Shown: one piece after another, positions 1 through 14,224 of the stretch
Position numbering within the stretch: position 1 is the stretch's first letter
How the letters are laid out: the number at the start of each line of letters is the position of its first letter
NCBI GenBank assembly: GCA_976226885.1
Contig: OZ320314.1
Span: forward strand, 34,596,001 to 34,660,000
Length of the DNA: 64,000 nt
Direction: 5' to 3'
DNA from: Iphione sp. A-MEVVRFRX5
Taxonomy: Eukaryota
Made by a program: the position numbers and the translations under genes
The notes under the pieces: generated by a model
Told to the model about the DNA's origin: nothing
Databases searched by the model: none
What the model saw: the letters and a program-made list of their open reading frames with translations, nothing else

Positions 1-3000
1 TTGGTAGCAGGCAGCCATTTCTGGACTATCGTTCTATGTAGATACAGTCAAAAGGTTCTGAACACCACCTATCTATTGATGATACAGGTGTCAGAGGCTA
101 TAATTGTCATTGGCCTTCCTTACGAATAAAAACGTGTCTGGTGATAGATGCTGCATCCCCCTAATCAATCCTTAGCAGAGAACTGCGCTGTTTCTAAGAT
201 ACAAGGTGATTTAAGTAGCCTTTGTATGCTTCCGCTTCGTAGCACAGAAATCGTACGAATGGACGCGACTTCAAAGCGGTTTGACGATGTGCCCAATTGA
301 TGAGATAAGTTTAGAAATTGGATTCAATCCTCACACAACCTCCCCGATCGACTAAGCGGGTGTGGCCGTGTTGGGCGAATATAAAGTTCAGTCAGCATAA
401 ATTCTCCCCTCTTTCCCTCCAAAAATCGATATTCACACCTGACCAGGTCATCAAAGGTCGCCAGGTAAGATGCAGCGGCCAGTGAGAGGTGTCAGGTGCC
501 AAGGCCTCCGCACCAAACCCCCCACTTGTACACATATTTATTTCAAACACTGCACATTAAAGTTGCACGGGTATTGATTGCAACCAAGTCATCTAGTGCA
601 AACCGTGGCAGGGTTAAAAACTCCAGAGGTCAGATCCACCACCGTTTAGTTCTTTTTTGTTGGAAAAAAAAGTTTTGAAAAATGGGGAACGATAAAATAT
701 TCAAAGTGTTGTAATGGAAGAACAGGAAACACGACATGTTGTCAGCATGTTATGCAATGGAAAGGGTAAACTCACCCCCCTTCACTTCCATCCTCATTAA
801 AGGTCAACACCTAGGTCGGAAGGGTTACAAAGGACGGGTAGGCCTAATGGGGATTTTGCATTTTGAACCTGCCTCCAACCATCTTAAATGTGCACTTTTG
901 CTCGCACTCCTCCTTTATGCAAGGTCCGTCGGTCGCACGCGAGAAGCAGTTTTCCCAATTCGGACTGTCAGAATTTGCGTGTTATTGATGGCCTTGCAGG
1001 AGGGGTATGTGTTGATGTGACCTTCCTCCTAAATGCAATGAGTGGTATGGAAAAAGATACGGTGTTGTGGGGTGATTCATTTGGCAGCAGGCCGTTCAGA
1101 AATACTGGCTAGCGCCGCGGACGACAGCGTTAAAAGTCTGTTCAATAACCAACTGCGACATACAAGCATCATACTAGATCATACGTCTGATTCGCCTTTA
1201 ATGTGAACGTACCACCGTTCTGCGTTATCACACAATATGCTCCATCTCAGAAGGATATTTTCTTTTTTTTTCCGAAACATCCCATTCACACTTTTAGAGC
1301 GAACGCTAAGACGCAAGGGTCGTTCGAAGAGATTAAATCCCTCTCAAAGCTTTCTTATTACCCGTTGCCAGCACCTTCTGTTCATTCCCACGCTGACCCA
1401 TTGGTAAATAAGGTCACATCTTGAGCTGTATTGGTCGGTGTACAGAATCATAAGCTGGAGACGTGCCATGTGTATTGTATGAATGTAACCTACCGTGCTG
1501 CACATGGAAATATCCCACCAGCAAGCCGACAACACGAAGAATGAATATTTAAATTGAAACGCGGCAGAAAACACCGAAAGGGAGTAGCCTTTATGCAGGC
1601 CTTCCGGCAAATGAAGCCATTACGTCTCCCAAGAAGCCACTTGAGAAGCCACAGCATGTGTACGCAAACATTTATTCTGTCGCCAAGATGGGGCACTTGG
1701 CAGGAGGGAAAGGAAATATGAAAAAACTGGCAGATTTCCATCCTAAGTAGATTGGGGTGGAGAAAAACGCAAACATGTTATCGATTACCTTGGGGGGAGC
1801 ATTGTTAAAAACGGTGCCTTTTCATTCTGCTCGATTGGCAACGAATTGAAGTGTTGTGGCGAAAAACAATAATCACAAGCGCGAAAGGCATGCTGGAGGA
1901 AGACAAAAAAGGGTGACGCGGGGATTCAAAAGTGAACGGTGCAATAAAATCTAATCACCCTAATAACTGCTTTTTATGTATGGGTTGGAAAAAGGCAAGC
2001 AAGCGTAAGTATTCCTTTGCTACCGGCCAGCTACAGCGTAGTGGGGTTGATAGAAGAAAATTGACTTGGCACCCGCAGCTAGCAATATGATGCCTTTTGA
2101 TTTACGCCTTGCCCTTTCACTGTTCTTCATTTATATGAATAATATGGCTGCGCTGTGATGACCATTTCAATGAATTATTGAGTTCTCAGGGATTGAAATC
2201 ACAAATTTAATGAACCATCATGGGACGTTTTACGTTTATTCCTTCTCTGTGGAACAATAAACAAGCCCAGAATCCATGAATTCGACAATCGAAATGAATC
2301 ATGTAGATGGACCTCACAAGGCAAAACAATGGTAAAGAAATATAAGAGGGAAATGGCCATAGTAGCACATTTGGGATTTGCAGCGTCCACTCATTCTGTG
2401 TAGGCTGTCCAGTTTAGATTTCATCCAATGTGTGGGGGATGCGCGTATCTTATTGGATTATAAAGGGCGCATCAATCATACTTGAGGAGACCGACGGGTC
2501 AGCATCCATATTTCATGGTCTACACTCGTCCTAAAACTGACCCGACTCGAATTTGCTTACCGCCCATGGTCACTTCGAGTCGCCTGCAGAAAGTAGATTT
2601 GGCTGCTCCGCGGGGCTTTCATCTTTTATTGAGCCTGCCATTGATTTCAAATTTGTTTATTACTGTATTGGGCGATGCGTAACGCAGGGGTTAGGGCCGA
2701 CTTGGTTTGAAAAGGTCGATTGGCTGCACGTTCAGTCCTTTGGACTGGATATCTCAAAACCCTGGAGGAAAGGAGGAGTAGGCTCTCTGGACGCTGAGGT
2801 TGCCGCGTCTCCGTGAACTGCCCTCCTCCACGGCGAGTGCCATCAATTTCAAATCTGTTTATTACACTTCGCATTAAGATTTAACATGGCCGCTGCCTCT
2901 AAGTGATATCCGTCCACATCGGGCGGCCTCCACCGAAATGGGGTCAGAAAATGGGTCGCGGCGACCACTGATGGAGTACATTTCCAGTTCGATTTAGCAT

Positions 3001-4999
3001 TCATATTTCACAGTAAAATCCCCGTCGTTCAATTGCTTTATGCTCCCGGGCTGGTGCGGCAAAGCCATTGCCCAGGCCCGATCTAGTGCCGATAGAGGAA
3101 GGTGATTTAACATATAAATCTCCCAACAAATCCCCCGTGCAATTGGGGGGAGGGAACATCCATTCGCTGACCCGCCCGGCAATGGGAATGAAAAATTAAG
3201 AATGCTTTATTTTGGGCAGCAACGTGATGGGTCGGCAGAGGTTGGGCGCCCATTCGAACATGTCGAGCTGGTCATTAGGAGGTGGTGTATATTCATCACT
3301 GTCCCCGCGGCTCAGCGAGAAGGTGACCAAACAAAATAATGATGGCTCCCGAGCCGATGATTGAGTCCAACCAAAAGCTGATCCCTGGGAATCTTAGATA
3401 TTGGGACGTGGCGTCAACACAGAGAATGCATTGTAGATTGGCATAAGTGCATGGCTGATGCCACATAACGCATTTTGCACACTGCCCGCTGGGACAATGT
3501 AGTGCGGCCCTACGTGCACCTAATGCTATGATAGTGTGTAGGGCACCGCCCTCCCCCCTCCGCGCCCGATAACTAGTGCTGACAATTGACTAGAATAGAG
3601 CCGGCAGTCCATATTCATGAGGCAAACATAGGCACGAGTGTTTCTGACATTTCTCCAGTGTTATCAGTTGGGATGATGGTCTGCCGCCGCAGACAGAAGT
3701 GTAAGCCGGCAAAGAAATTTTCAGCGACCTTTTCTCGATGTCAGCACACGCTGCCAATGGGTTGTGTCCTTTCCTGCCGAATGCATCTCAGACAATTTCT
3801 AGAAACAGCCAAACGAGTCCCAATTTCCAACACACGTTCGGCCGGCAGCGACGAGAAAAAGTCATTTTTCAAATTCTTTCGGATCTAAAGAGGTCAGGCA
3901 GGCACGACCATCCAGTCTTGATTAATATCTGGTTCTATAAGGGCGTACATTCCCCTACTGAAATATTAACTATGCCAGGTCAGACCATTGTAACCTTGCC
4001 TGGCACATTAGGCCGACAAAACGGGAGAGTCGGGCAGACCTTCAAAATTTACGACCGGGGTGTTTGTGTGCGATGAATTAACAAAGTAGATTTGGGTTTC
4101 GATTCGCCATTCATATTTTATAGCGCAGCCATCTAAATTGGATCGGGAAAATTTATTTATGCCGGTCTTGGGGTTATTGGACAAAGGAGCGTGGCCTTGC
4201 CTTGTCTTCCATAACGTCATTTAAATTGACTTGGCCAAATTTATGTTCGCAAGGTTGCGAAAATGGGAGGCAGCGGCCGACCCAATCTACGGGCAGCGGG
4301 CAAATTTAAAATCACGTGAGGGGTGAATATATCACGTGGCACCCATCGGGGAAGATGAATTCATGCCAGACATTTATAGAAATGGAAGGAGCGGTCGGAT
4401 GATTTGCATGTAGTTAGATGGAATCAGAGGACTACCGATGCATTCCAAGTGCTACGAAGTCTGATGAGCTGATAAAACCTTAGCATGCGCCACTGCTTCA
4501 GGCATTGCACAAATCCAAGAAATCTCGTCTTTAACCAAGCCTTGGCTATGTTTAGAATGAACATTTGCAATGAATGTAGAATCAGTTTTCTTAGAATTAG
4601 CATTAACAGTATTTTTGTGATTTTTTTTAAATGAGGGTTGTTAGCTTCATTCAACGGAAGACAGCCTCCACGCTAGTATTCTAGCAACAGAGACGTGGTT
4701 GACCAAATAGTGAGAACAAGCTAACCCTTGAGCCTTCTTCTCTTCTACATTCATTAGTGATTGCGGAGACAATACAGAAACTTCTCAATCCGGTTATCTG
4801 CCACTCTCACGGGCGGCTAAATCAAATCGACTACACCCCATACATATTCATACGGGCACTCTATGATTGATTAAAATTCCTGGGGCCAGAAACCCCCAAA
4901 AATCACCATCGTGCTGTCACTGTGGAGTCTTGCATTTCATTCACCATGCTTCCATAGCTACCACTGCAAATGTTACCATCTTCAGCGTAGCTCGTTGGC

Positions 5000-5830
5000 C
5001 TAGTTTGTGATCGTGTCGCCCGACTCATTCGCTCCTCCTCCCCTCCCCCCCACACACACCCCGCCGAAACCCACCACATGCCCCCCCTCCCCCCAGAAGC
5101 AGCCCCCAATCACTACGACTTCCTTGCGGCAATAGGGTAGCCGTCGGCTCGACCCTCCGGAGACAGACATTCGTCGTCTCACGGCACGGTGCCTTAACGG
5201 TCGTCGACCGAGCCGGGAATCTTGGTGTATTAATGTGGCGAGCGCCATTTCAATAAAGCTTGAGTTACTACCGAGCATGACGTGAGGGTTTGGTACCATT
5301 AGAGGTCAGCAGCAGCCGCCCTCCTCAGCGTCGAACCCACCTCCTGGCAGGCTGGTGGCGTACGTACAGAGGTGCCGCCACCACCGCCACCACCACCACC
5401 GCAGCACCCCAATCTGCGCGCTACCCCCGGTGGCTTCCTCGGCCGTGCGAAGCGTGTGCCCTCTGCCGAAATTGAACGCCGGCTTGAAATTTAATGACGC
5501 GCCAACCAATGAAGAGATGACGTGACGCTGGCAGCGGGCGGACTCAGCCAAAGGCCAACCGTGTTCATTGTACGCCGGACACATTCCACCAAGCGGCTCA
5601 AACCCACAACGTCGCCGCCGCCACCGCCCGTTTTCTCCAGCAGTTGCTGCCTGTCAGGCGCCAAAAGGCACATTTCATGCGAAATGTCAAAGAAATGATT
5701 CGCCCGCGTCTTATTGGCATTCTGCGTCTCCTATCAGCCGCTGGAATTAACAGCGACGGTATTGTCAACTCGCAGGCTGGTCTGACGCCGCCGGGTGCCT
5801 TGCATACAGGACGGTGCTGCCGCATGTTCT
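5000..5830. promoter_or_regulatory. Enhancer/promoter-like GC-rich island
   Basis: CpG-rich. CCAAT 5506-5510, TGACGT 5518-5523 and GGGCGG 5536-5541 lie in tandem; no convincing coding frame. Confidence 0.35.
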
Positions 5831-5930
5831 GAAAACCAACCTGGAAGACAAGCAGCGAAGTGCCCAAGCCTCCTATGGGAAAAGGTCTAAAACGACGCGG
5901 AAGAGAGTGCGAGAATATGAAAGAGACACT

Positions 5931-5983
5931 CAGACAGACAGACAGACAGACAGACAGACTGACTGACACAGACAGACAGACAG
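5931..5983 (+). repeat. (GACA)n microsatellite
   Basis: cagacagacagacagacagacagacagactgactgacacagacagacagacag. Confidence 0.95.
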
Positions 5984-8900
5984 AGTGAGACAGAGAGTGA
6001 GAAAGCGCATGAAACATAAACAGCACACTTTGGGCAGAGGATATCTTGGCAAACTGGGACTAGTGCACACATACCAGGGAACCTAATCACTTGTCAGGCA
6101 AAACAATCAAGCTGGCAACTCTATTGTTGTCCAGGTGAAACACAGATGACAGCAGGCGCTCGCCACCTAGACATGTTCAAATATTGGCCGATGAATACAA
6201 TCTAGAGCTCTATAAGCTCACTCTCAACTTTACAAATATTACGTATAGAGTCGCAGTGGTTGTCTCCCTAGTGAAGTGGGGTTCGCCCGCGATCCTGTCA
6301 ACGCGCTGACACCGGCGACACCAGAGATTCGGGTGACGTCACCTCGTGCAAGCATGAATGCTGGTTGGTTGAGGTGAACCAGATATGCGATAGCTGCTTC
6401 TGATGCGACCATTGAAGTACTTTACGACAACCTACCTTTCATATAGTGACCTCTGATACATACACGTGCAAAGGCTACTAAGATGTTTCATTTACTGGGC
6501 AATATGTCACCGGTATAACATTGCTAACAATAAGAATACCTACATGAGGAATCCATTCACCCATCTTTGTGTATCTTGAAATTTTCCAAGAGTACATCAT
6601 TTAATTAGTCCGTTGGTTGCCGTGCTGTTTGTGACCACAGAATTTGAATCGCATTTACCCTTAACACATAACACTAAAAGTAGCGATATTTTGCTTTGAG
6701 CTTGTACTCATGTCACAGTTTAAAAAAGGACGTGTTTTCAAATGGCACTCATGTTATGAAACAATATGCATATTGGATATATGGACTGCTGCTCTGACCA
6801 CATGTTCAAGAGAACATGTACATAAAATAAGGTGGTTATAGCCACACCCGATTTCTTTCCTCGACCCTCCTAGAATATTGACGTCAAAGACCTACACGGG
6901 TTTTGGGTCATTTAGAAAATAAATAATACAGAGTCAGCAAGAACATTTTTTTAAAATATGGGGAAAAAATTACCAAATATGCAGGAACATAATTACGAAT
7001 CAAATACATGCACAAATTCCAGATAAATCAAACGTATACAACCTGGTCAACCACGTTATGTAACTCATGTATGTCTTATGTAAAATAAAAGAATCGGACA
7101 CGGCGTATATGGCGGAGAGAGGGAAAACAACGTTTCGAAGGGCAAAACCTCAGGCCAGGTCGACCGATGCTAACTATCAGCGTTTTGATCATGGTCTGTT
7201 CGGCATGATTTGTCATCATGACCGAACCCGTACACGTTGTGCTGTGATTGAGGCAAGGCCGAAATATCAAAGTCTTGCGTGCGCTACACCATTTCTTAAT
7301 TGGCGAAGTCCCACAGCGCTAGACACAATACAAAACAGCTGCTGGGTTTCCTTAGATTATGTTCCAGGCAAATTTTTGCCGAACAGACCCGCCACGGGAA
7401 TAGAAGCGACACAAAAAATGGCTCGGAAGGCGTTGACAGAGGTGGAGTTTTGCTACAAGCAAGAGCTGCTACGGTATATTTTTTAGATATTTTTTCCCCT
7501 AGCTTGTTTCGCTAGGGCGCGGTGGAGATTCTGATCTCAGATTTATCAGAATTTTGCGGGGTACGATTAATTTCGTTTTCTATACTGAATAGCGTTGCGA
7601 GGGAAAAAAACTTATAGGGCAACAAAGCGGAGTGCAAAACGAATTGATGAAACTTGTAACGGTAGGAACCAGCATAGTAAATATAACTACTCATCGTTGC
7701 CTTTAAATACATGCATATGAAATAGGATGAGAAAATATCATTACATCGAGGTACACGGAGTGATCGGCTTCCCTCAGCAGGGCTACATCGGTGGAGGTGT
7801 CAATTCTATAAGCAAAGTCTTATTGCATTTGTCACTCCGTCAACTACAAGAGGATCGTTGCCCAGACTGCTGCGCCTGTTTGACTAAAAGCAGAGTGCGC
7901 GGCACTGCCTGATTGCAATCACGATGCGTGAAGCTTGTCCCTTTGAGAATTAGTCGTCTGTTTAGCCTTGGGTTACATTGACCAAACTTTAAAAGCCACC
8001 AAAATACACACAGAGGCTCCGCCTCCACAAGGCATATCGCATGGTATACCGCTTCCTATCAAGCCATCATTGTTTCGGGTATTTTGATCTCGCTCAAAGT
8101 ACACATCCGCACACAATGGCCTGAAAGCCCTCGAGGAAGATGGATTCAAATTGCCTTGCACTAAGCAGTTACCTTTGCAGTTTATGTAGCCGCTTGGTGT
8201 TGCGCGGGTTGGCACTGACTGTCTGTCATGCCATTGTCGCATCAATACCAACCACTTGTCCTCTGACGATTGCGTGTGCCTGCTGATACTTAGTCATAAA
8301 TTTAGCAGCGGCATCCCCCCCCCCGCCTTACTCTACCCCCAAGTTCCCTGCCCTCTTCTTCTGAAATTGAAATTAATCACAACAGCGACTGGCTGATTAA
8401 TCATGACTTGTTTTTGGCGTTGGTTTCTGGCATCCCACTTAATTGGAACGGGATCTTTACCCATTTCCGCCCGCCGCTGCTAAAGACTTCCGCGGCCTTT
8501 AATGGCAGTGGCGCCTTTAAGAAAAATTCGACAATTTGCCGGCATCGTTTGAGAAAGATCACAGGTGGAAATGTTCTGTCAAGTTACGTAGAATTGCTCA
8601 ATACCGTTGACAGTACGGTACACTTGACAGTACACTTTATAATGTTATACGACGGCTCATCAACAACCGCATTCCCTATAGATCACTGCATTACAGGGTA
8701 CACTTCTCAGATATTGCACTTTTTCTCCCATCTGTTCCTAGGCAGGATACTCACTGCAGTAGCGAGAATGTAACCATGCGCAAAGGGCCCTTGGATCATA
8801 TCTTAATAAAGCAATGAGGCATTCATGTCCAGTTATCTTGTTTTTTACAAGTGTGATAAAATGGTGAGAGCACACACTTTTAAAGCTAGAACTGCTCCAA

Positions 8901-8996
8901 TAATACGTTTACGTGGACCAGTTTGCCTATTGTGGGGAATGTGGACACGGGGTTCGCAAGCTAGCCACCGGCGGTTTAAATATCTGTCTGTCTGTC

Positions 8997-9143
8997 NNNN
9001 NNNNNNNNNNNNNNNNNNNNNNNNNNNNNNNNNNNNNNNNNNNNNNNNNNNNNNNNNNNNNNNNNNNNNNNNNNNNNNNNNNNNNNNNNNNNNNNNNNNN
9101 NNNNNNNNNNNNNNNNNNNNNNNNNNNNNNNNNNNNNNNNNNN
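8997..9143. other. Assembly gap (147 N)
   Basis: N run, preceded by TCTG repeats. Confidence 0.98.
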
Positions 9144-12100
9144 TACCATGTAAGGGCCTGTGTGTTACACATCGCCACTACAGAGCGAGCACTCCATGAC
9201 ATCGTCAAATTTGATCAGCGCTGCGTCGTCTTTTATTACTGTGCCTTGTTTGCAGGCTTTTTCCTTGGGCGGCAGACATCAGGCAGTAAAAGATGCTCGC
9301 AGCTATCTTTCTTACCGAAAACCAGGGCGATAGAAGAGTATGGATTGAAAGCAAGAGCCCCTCTTTTTTCACAAAGTAGCACAGAGAAGCAGGCATGCAC
9401 TTAGCGCGACTGGCTATTTGTTTTCACTGACGGCAGCAGAGTGGATAAATACAGACGATTGTATTTCACCTGAGAAGAGGGAGAAATCACCAAAAGATGG
9501 GTAATCATGGAATTGGCGTTTGCGCTGCGGCTCAGATTGTGAGGAGATAAACCCAGCCATCCTTTTATTTCGAGAATATTTTTTTTCTCCCGTTGACTTT
9601 TCCTTCGGTAGCTGACAAGGTATTCGCACGCATACAAAAAGGGAGATGATAAGGAAAATAGAGTCTCTTTTGTGCGAATCAATTATTGCATGTCGTAGGC
9701 GAAATTAAGTAGCCTTCGTGCTGTGTTTATACAGGCCTGTCATATCTTCCGCCTTGGCAAAACTGCGCGAAATATAGAACAGCAATCCCATCCCGCACTA
9801 AGCCTGCCATTGCATATCCCGACATGCCGGGCAATCGAAGCTCAGCTCCTGTGACACATTCATCGGCCAACTTTTGAATAATTGTTTCAGCCTATTTCTC
9901 TTCCAAGACACAAAGTATGTGCGCAATTTCACTTTATGGTGTTTGCACTTGTGCTTGAGACTCACCGGCATAAAAGTAATGGGCACGGTTGCCGTGACAA
10001 CGCAGCCATATTGGATCGGAATGCGGCCCTCATAAACATGTTGATGTCACCGTTTTATTAAAATCGGTGCTATGAAAATGTCAGTGTGCTGCCCAGCACC
10101 CCGACACATGGGGCGGGGCCTCGGCCGTTTTTATTGGGCCTGAGAACATACAAACCACGTCGGCCTCAGTCCGAGGATCGTGACGGGGGTCGGCCCTCTC
10201 CTGGGCCTGGCCAAGATGAAGACCTCCAGCCTCTCCTCCTCCTCACCCTCTCAGACCTGTCCTTCCCTCCTCCCTAGCAACAGGTCATTGGGTCTCAGAA
10301 GAAAGGATTTGTCTGCGCCACTGCAAGAGACACAGAGGTTTCAGGGAGAGATGCATATCCCCCGCCCGTATCGAGCTTTCATCGAATACATGGAGGACGC
10401 CTCAAAGGCCCCCCCGTCGACGAGTGAATTGCTCAAGTTTCTCAGTTGCATGCATGAAATGACTAAAGATGTCGAAAATATGTGATATTTTATTAACCAG
10501 AGTATGCCCTCACAATAACAGAATATGTGGCGTGAATGAGGCTTCTTCTCAGGAGCAATCTTCATATAAGTAAAACAAATAACATTACACACATACTTAG
10601 ACGAGTCCTTTGTCGGATCAACCATCGACAATTTTCTGAATACTCTTCGTTCGGTATACAGGAATTGCCACCACGATTTTTTGTACCGCAATGACATTCA
10701 GGGGAGGAACATCCAATTTATGCCTGTGGAGCCTCGCTCGAGCCACGTAGATGGCCTACCGGTTAGTGTGCTACACATGTATGCATCATATGTCATATCC
10801 CTATCACCAAACTGTCTCCCGTCCCTGGTTCTTACCTGTACGTTGAATTCATACAGTCTCCCTAGAACGTTAAACGATTTCCGTGTATACTTGTACATAC
10901 ATGTATACGTACAGTGGAATGTCATCTTCAGAGTAGATTAGGGGGGAGAGGAATCAGGAGAGTTACTCGGATTGGCTTATTTTCGATTTCGTTGACTAGA
11001 AACGAGAACATGCTAGCTTGAAATCAGAACAAAGCCAGTTGCAAAGGAGAGCCAGTGAGTAGAAATCAGGAGATTGAGGTTGTATTCGTGCAGTACACAT
11101 TTAGCTCGAGTTGCTCTACTGAGCTCCTCTCACCTGATGAATCATATTGTTCAACGTTGTTCACCGGAGTCACCTGTAATACGATGTACTATGGCGAGTT
11201 AACCGGGATAGGCTTCATTCAGAAATAATCTTAGAAACTGTTGCCCCCTAAATGAGTTAAAATCAGTGAATCTGTGTGTTCTTTGTTTCGAACACCATAC
11301 ACTTGAAACAATGAAATCTACTGTAAATCTATCAACACATGTCTATCGGAAATATGCAAATGTCAAGAATGTGACAGCTGTATACAGTACCCTGCTTTTC
11401 ACATGCCTATGTCTGACTTGAGCACTACTTATTGCAGTAGGTTTACTTCCAAGCTCTGATACTCAGAGCTCTTACTGCTACTGCTAACCTCGGATCACTC
11501 CCTCTGTTCATTTTCTCATTGATCATTCAAGAATGTAAGTTCTGATTAGAAACTGCTTGGGGAAAAGCTGAAGTTCAGCAGTTTATAATGTACTATGTGC
11601 CATATGAGGCCCGGGGTAATAGTGTAACAAGTTGACATTTTGTAAGCCACATCTTTGCTGGGTTCAGTGTATGAACACCGAAAGGTCAGAGTTTGCCTCT
11701 GACAGAATTCAGAATCAACAAAAGCCGATCCCGATGCTATCAATGCCAGAGTTAATCTTGAAAGCTGAACTGAGCGGTCTGTAAGATGTTTAACTAGAGT
11801 AAAGTCAGCACTTGGAGAGAGCTAGGAGGCTGACGTTATATGACGCATATTCGAAACTGCAAATGTTGTGGTTAGTGACTGTTCTTCATACCATGTTCTG
11901 ATTGTATGCTATGCGAATGTCACCATATTAATAATACCGACATTTTGGGCAAGTTGACTGCCACGGTCCAGGTTCCCTTGCCAAGCTATGAGTTATACAG
12001 TAGGGATGAGTGACCCTACATTTCTGTATGTATTACTGGAAATTATTACCCAAATAACCGTTAGAAACAGCTATAATAACTTTTCTCAGAAATTCCGAAA

Positions 12101-12964
12101 GACCTGCATCAACTACAAACAAATTTATTGTCCACAAGTTCTTCAAACAGTTCTGTGGTCAGAGGGTAGGCGGGTCAGACTGAAGCAATCGTGAATTCCA
12201 TGCCCATCACATGGGCGGAGAAACAACAAATGTTCGTTTTATCTTTGGCCACTATTGTGGCTGGTTGTCTGTCCTTCTCTACCAAGATGCAGAATGCCAG
12301 GGTGAGATCGTAATGCTTACTGAAGATTCCTACATAGAGGACAATCATACATGGCCGTTTGGATACCTCAGGTAATAACCCTATTACAAAAGTTAACCAG
12401 AAAAATCATGTCAATCGTGTTTCTGAGTTATAAGTCCCTGTTACTGTCAGGACGTGAAATGTCACAATCACATACGTGACGACTTGAAGAAGAAAAAGGC
12501 TTTTAAAAAAAAGTTTACTAGGCTGATAACTATACTAAAAATATGCTGAGACTTAATCGTCTAAAACACACTTTTAATAGCAGTCTGATGTATTCCTTCT
12601 TTTCCCACTATGACTTGTAAAAATCATTTTCTTTTTCAACTTTCTTTTTTAACTGAAGTAAATACATTGTCAATTTGTTGGCTTGTAAAAAGGGCCCTAT
12701 ATGTTTTGGTGGCAGGGTGATGTTGAATTGTCCTGTTTAGGGAGGAATTTACTTGACTAAATATGACTGCTCTCTTTATGTGAACTACTAAGTTGAGGGC
12801 GAACAAGAGACTGGGCCTTTGGGGTCTACTAGTCCTCACCTCTATCACCTATCACAGTATGTGTGTGTTGATGAGCAAAAGACACTGGAATGCAATAACC
12901 TAATCTTTGAACTAGAGTGTGGACCTGTGAGGTATGTCTCCCACTGTCAACTGCATAGGTGAGT

Positions 12965-12966
<2 letters not shown>

Positions 12967-12998
<32 letters not shown>
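12967..12998 (+). repeat. (GA)n microsatellite
   Basis: Direct sequence. Confidence 0.95.
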
Positions 12999-13002
<4 letters not shown>

Positions 13003-13460
13003 GTGAGTGAGTGTGTGTGTGTGGTGTCTCTCTCTTTACAACCACCTTGATTGGCACCTCATTTTGGGATGGGTGGGTAGGTGGGTTTGTTTAAGTCCTT
13101 CAGGTTTACAACCCTCAGTTCTGCCTGACTGAGCACACAGAGGTCCCAGACTGCTACAAGCTGATACTGGTAGAAGCGAGGTATTGGTGAGATTGTGTGT
13201 GTGTACATGTGTGTGCATTGTGAGACCTAGGAATCCCCAAACCAGGTACAGTGGAAACTATTTCCAACCACATCATTTTCTGACCATTCTTGCTATTCCA
13301 AGCACCTCAGGTGGGATCCAAGTATTGATTTCTATACTTAATAATAATCAATTTGTGACCAAATTTATTAATGCAACCACTTGACCATGGTCACTAGTGA
13401 TAGTCACAACAAGAGTGTGGACCTGTGAGGTCTATTGTCCCCCGCCATCAACATCAACTC

Positions 13461-13465
13461 TGTGT

Positions 13466-13498
<33 letters not shown>
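13461..13498 (+). repeat. (GT)n microsatellite
   Basis: Direct sequence. Confidence 0.95.
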
Positions 13499-13724
13499 GT
13501 GTCTCTCTCCTTACAACCACCTTGATTGGCAGCTTGTTTTGGGGGTAGTTGGCTAGACTTGTTTAAGTCCTTCAGGTTTACAACTCTCGGTTCTGCCTGA
13601 CTGGGCACAGCCACCTCGGTTCTGCCTCACTGAGCACCAGACTGCTACAAACCCTCGGTTCTGCATGACTGAGCACTGAGTGTGTATGTATGTGCATTGT
13701 CAGACCTAGGAACCCCTGAACCAG

Positions 13725-14224
13725 GTATGTATGTTTGTAGGTGTGTTAGGAAAAGAGTAAAATTGGCATAATTTCACCTTCAAAATATTTGAATTACTAC
13801 CAAAATTACCCAGTGCCATGGAGCCATATATACCAATATCATATATTAAAATCAGTTTTTTTGAGTGAAGGGTTTAAGACTTATAAGACCCACAAGAGTG
13901 TGACGGATGGTCGGGACACCAGCTGGCAGCATTCCTAATGTCCCCCCCTCTATGAGGCGGGGGACAAAAAGGGTTTCAACTGTATGTATGTTTGTGGGTG
14001 TGTTAGCAAAGGAGTAAATTACCATAATTTCACACTAAAATACTTGAATTACTACCAAAATTACCCAATACCATGGGTCAATGTATACAAGTATCATATA
14101 TTAAAATCAATTCATTTGATTGAATGGTTTGAGAGTTATAAGACCCACAAGAGTATGTTGGAAGGTTGGACAGTCAGCCAGCAGCATTCCTAAGGCCCCC
14201 CACTCTCTATGAGGTGGGGGACAA
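13725..14224 (+). repeat. Diverged tandem duplication B (257-bp period) ending in GC-rich hairpins
   Basis: GTATGTATGTTTGT.GGTGTGTTAG starts at 13725 and 13982. Both copies share GAATTACTACCAAAATTACCCA and TTATAAGACCCACAAGAGT, and end with CCCCC..CTCTATGAGG.GGGGGACAA at 13967 and 14224. Confidence 0.9.

Larger units (their letters stand above)
12914..13727 (+). repeat. Diverged tandem duplication A (about 498-bp period) with embedded GA/GT microsatellites
   Basis: AGAGTGTGGACCTGTGAGG starts at 12914 and 13412. Both copies share GTGTCTCTCT..TTACAACCACCTTGATTGGCA, TTGTTTAAGTCCTTCAGGTTTACAAC and AGACCTAGGAA.CCC..AACCAGGTA. The second copy has three internal copies of CTCGGTTCTGC.T.ACTG.GCAC (about 13587-13677). 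Confidence 0.85.

Noticed and set aside
5598-6090. ORFs with SVCLSVCL / VCLS repeats
   Set aside because: Translations of the (GACA)n microsatellite.
7067-7486. 139-aa plus-strand ORF
   Set aside because: No recognisable motifs or splice context.
8825-9404. ORFs spanning the N gap
   Set aside because: Artefacts of translating N as X.
9414-9470. Strong minus-strand acceptor (ttctccctcttctcAG|GTGAAA) as a candidate next CAAP1 exon
   Set aside because: The phase-1 frame GEIQSSVFIHSAAVSENK* has no CAAP1 similarity, hits a stop, and has only a weak donor.
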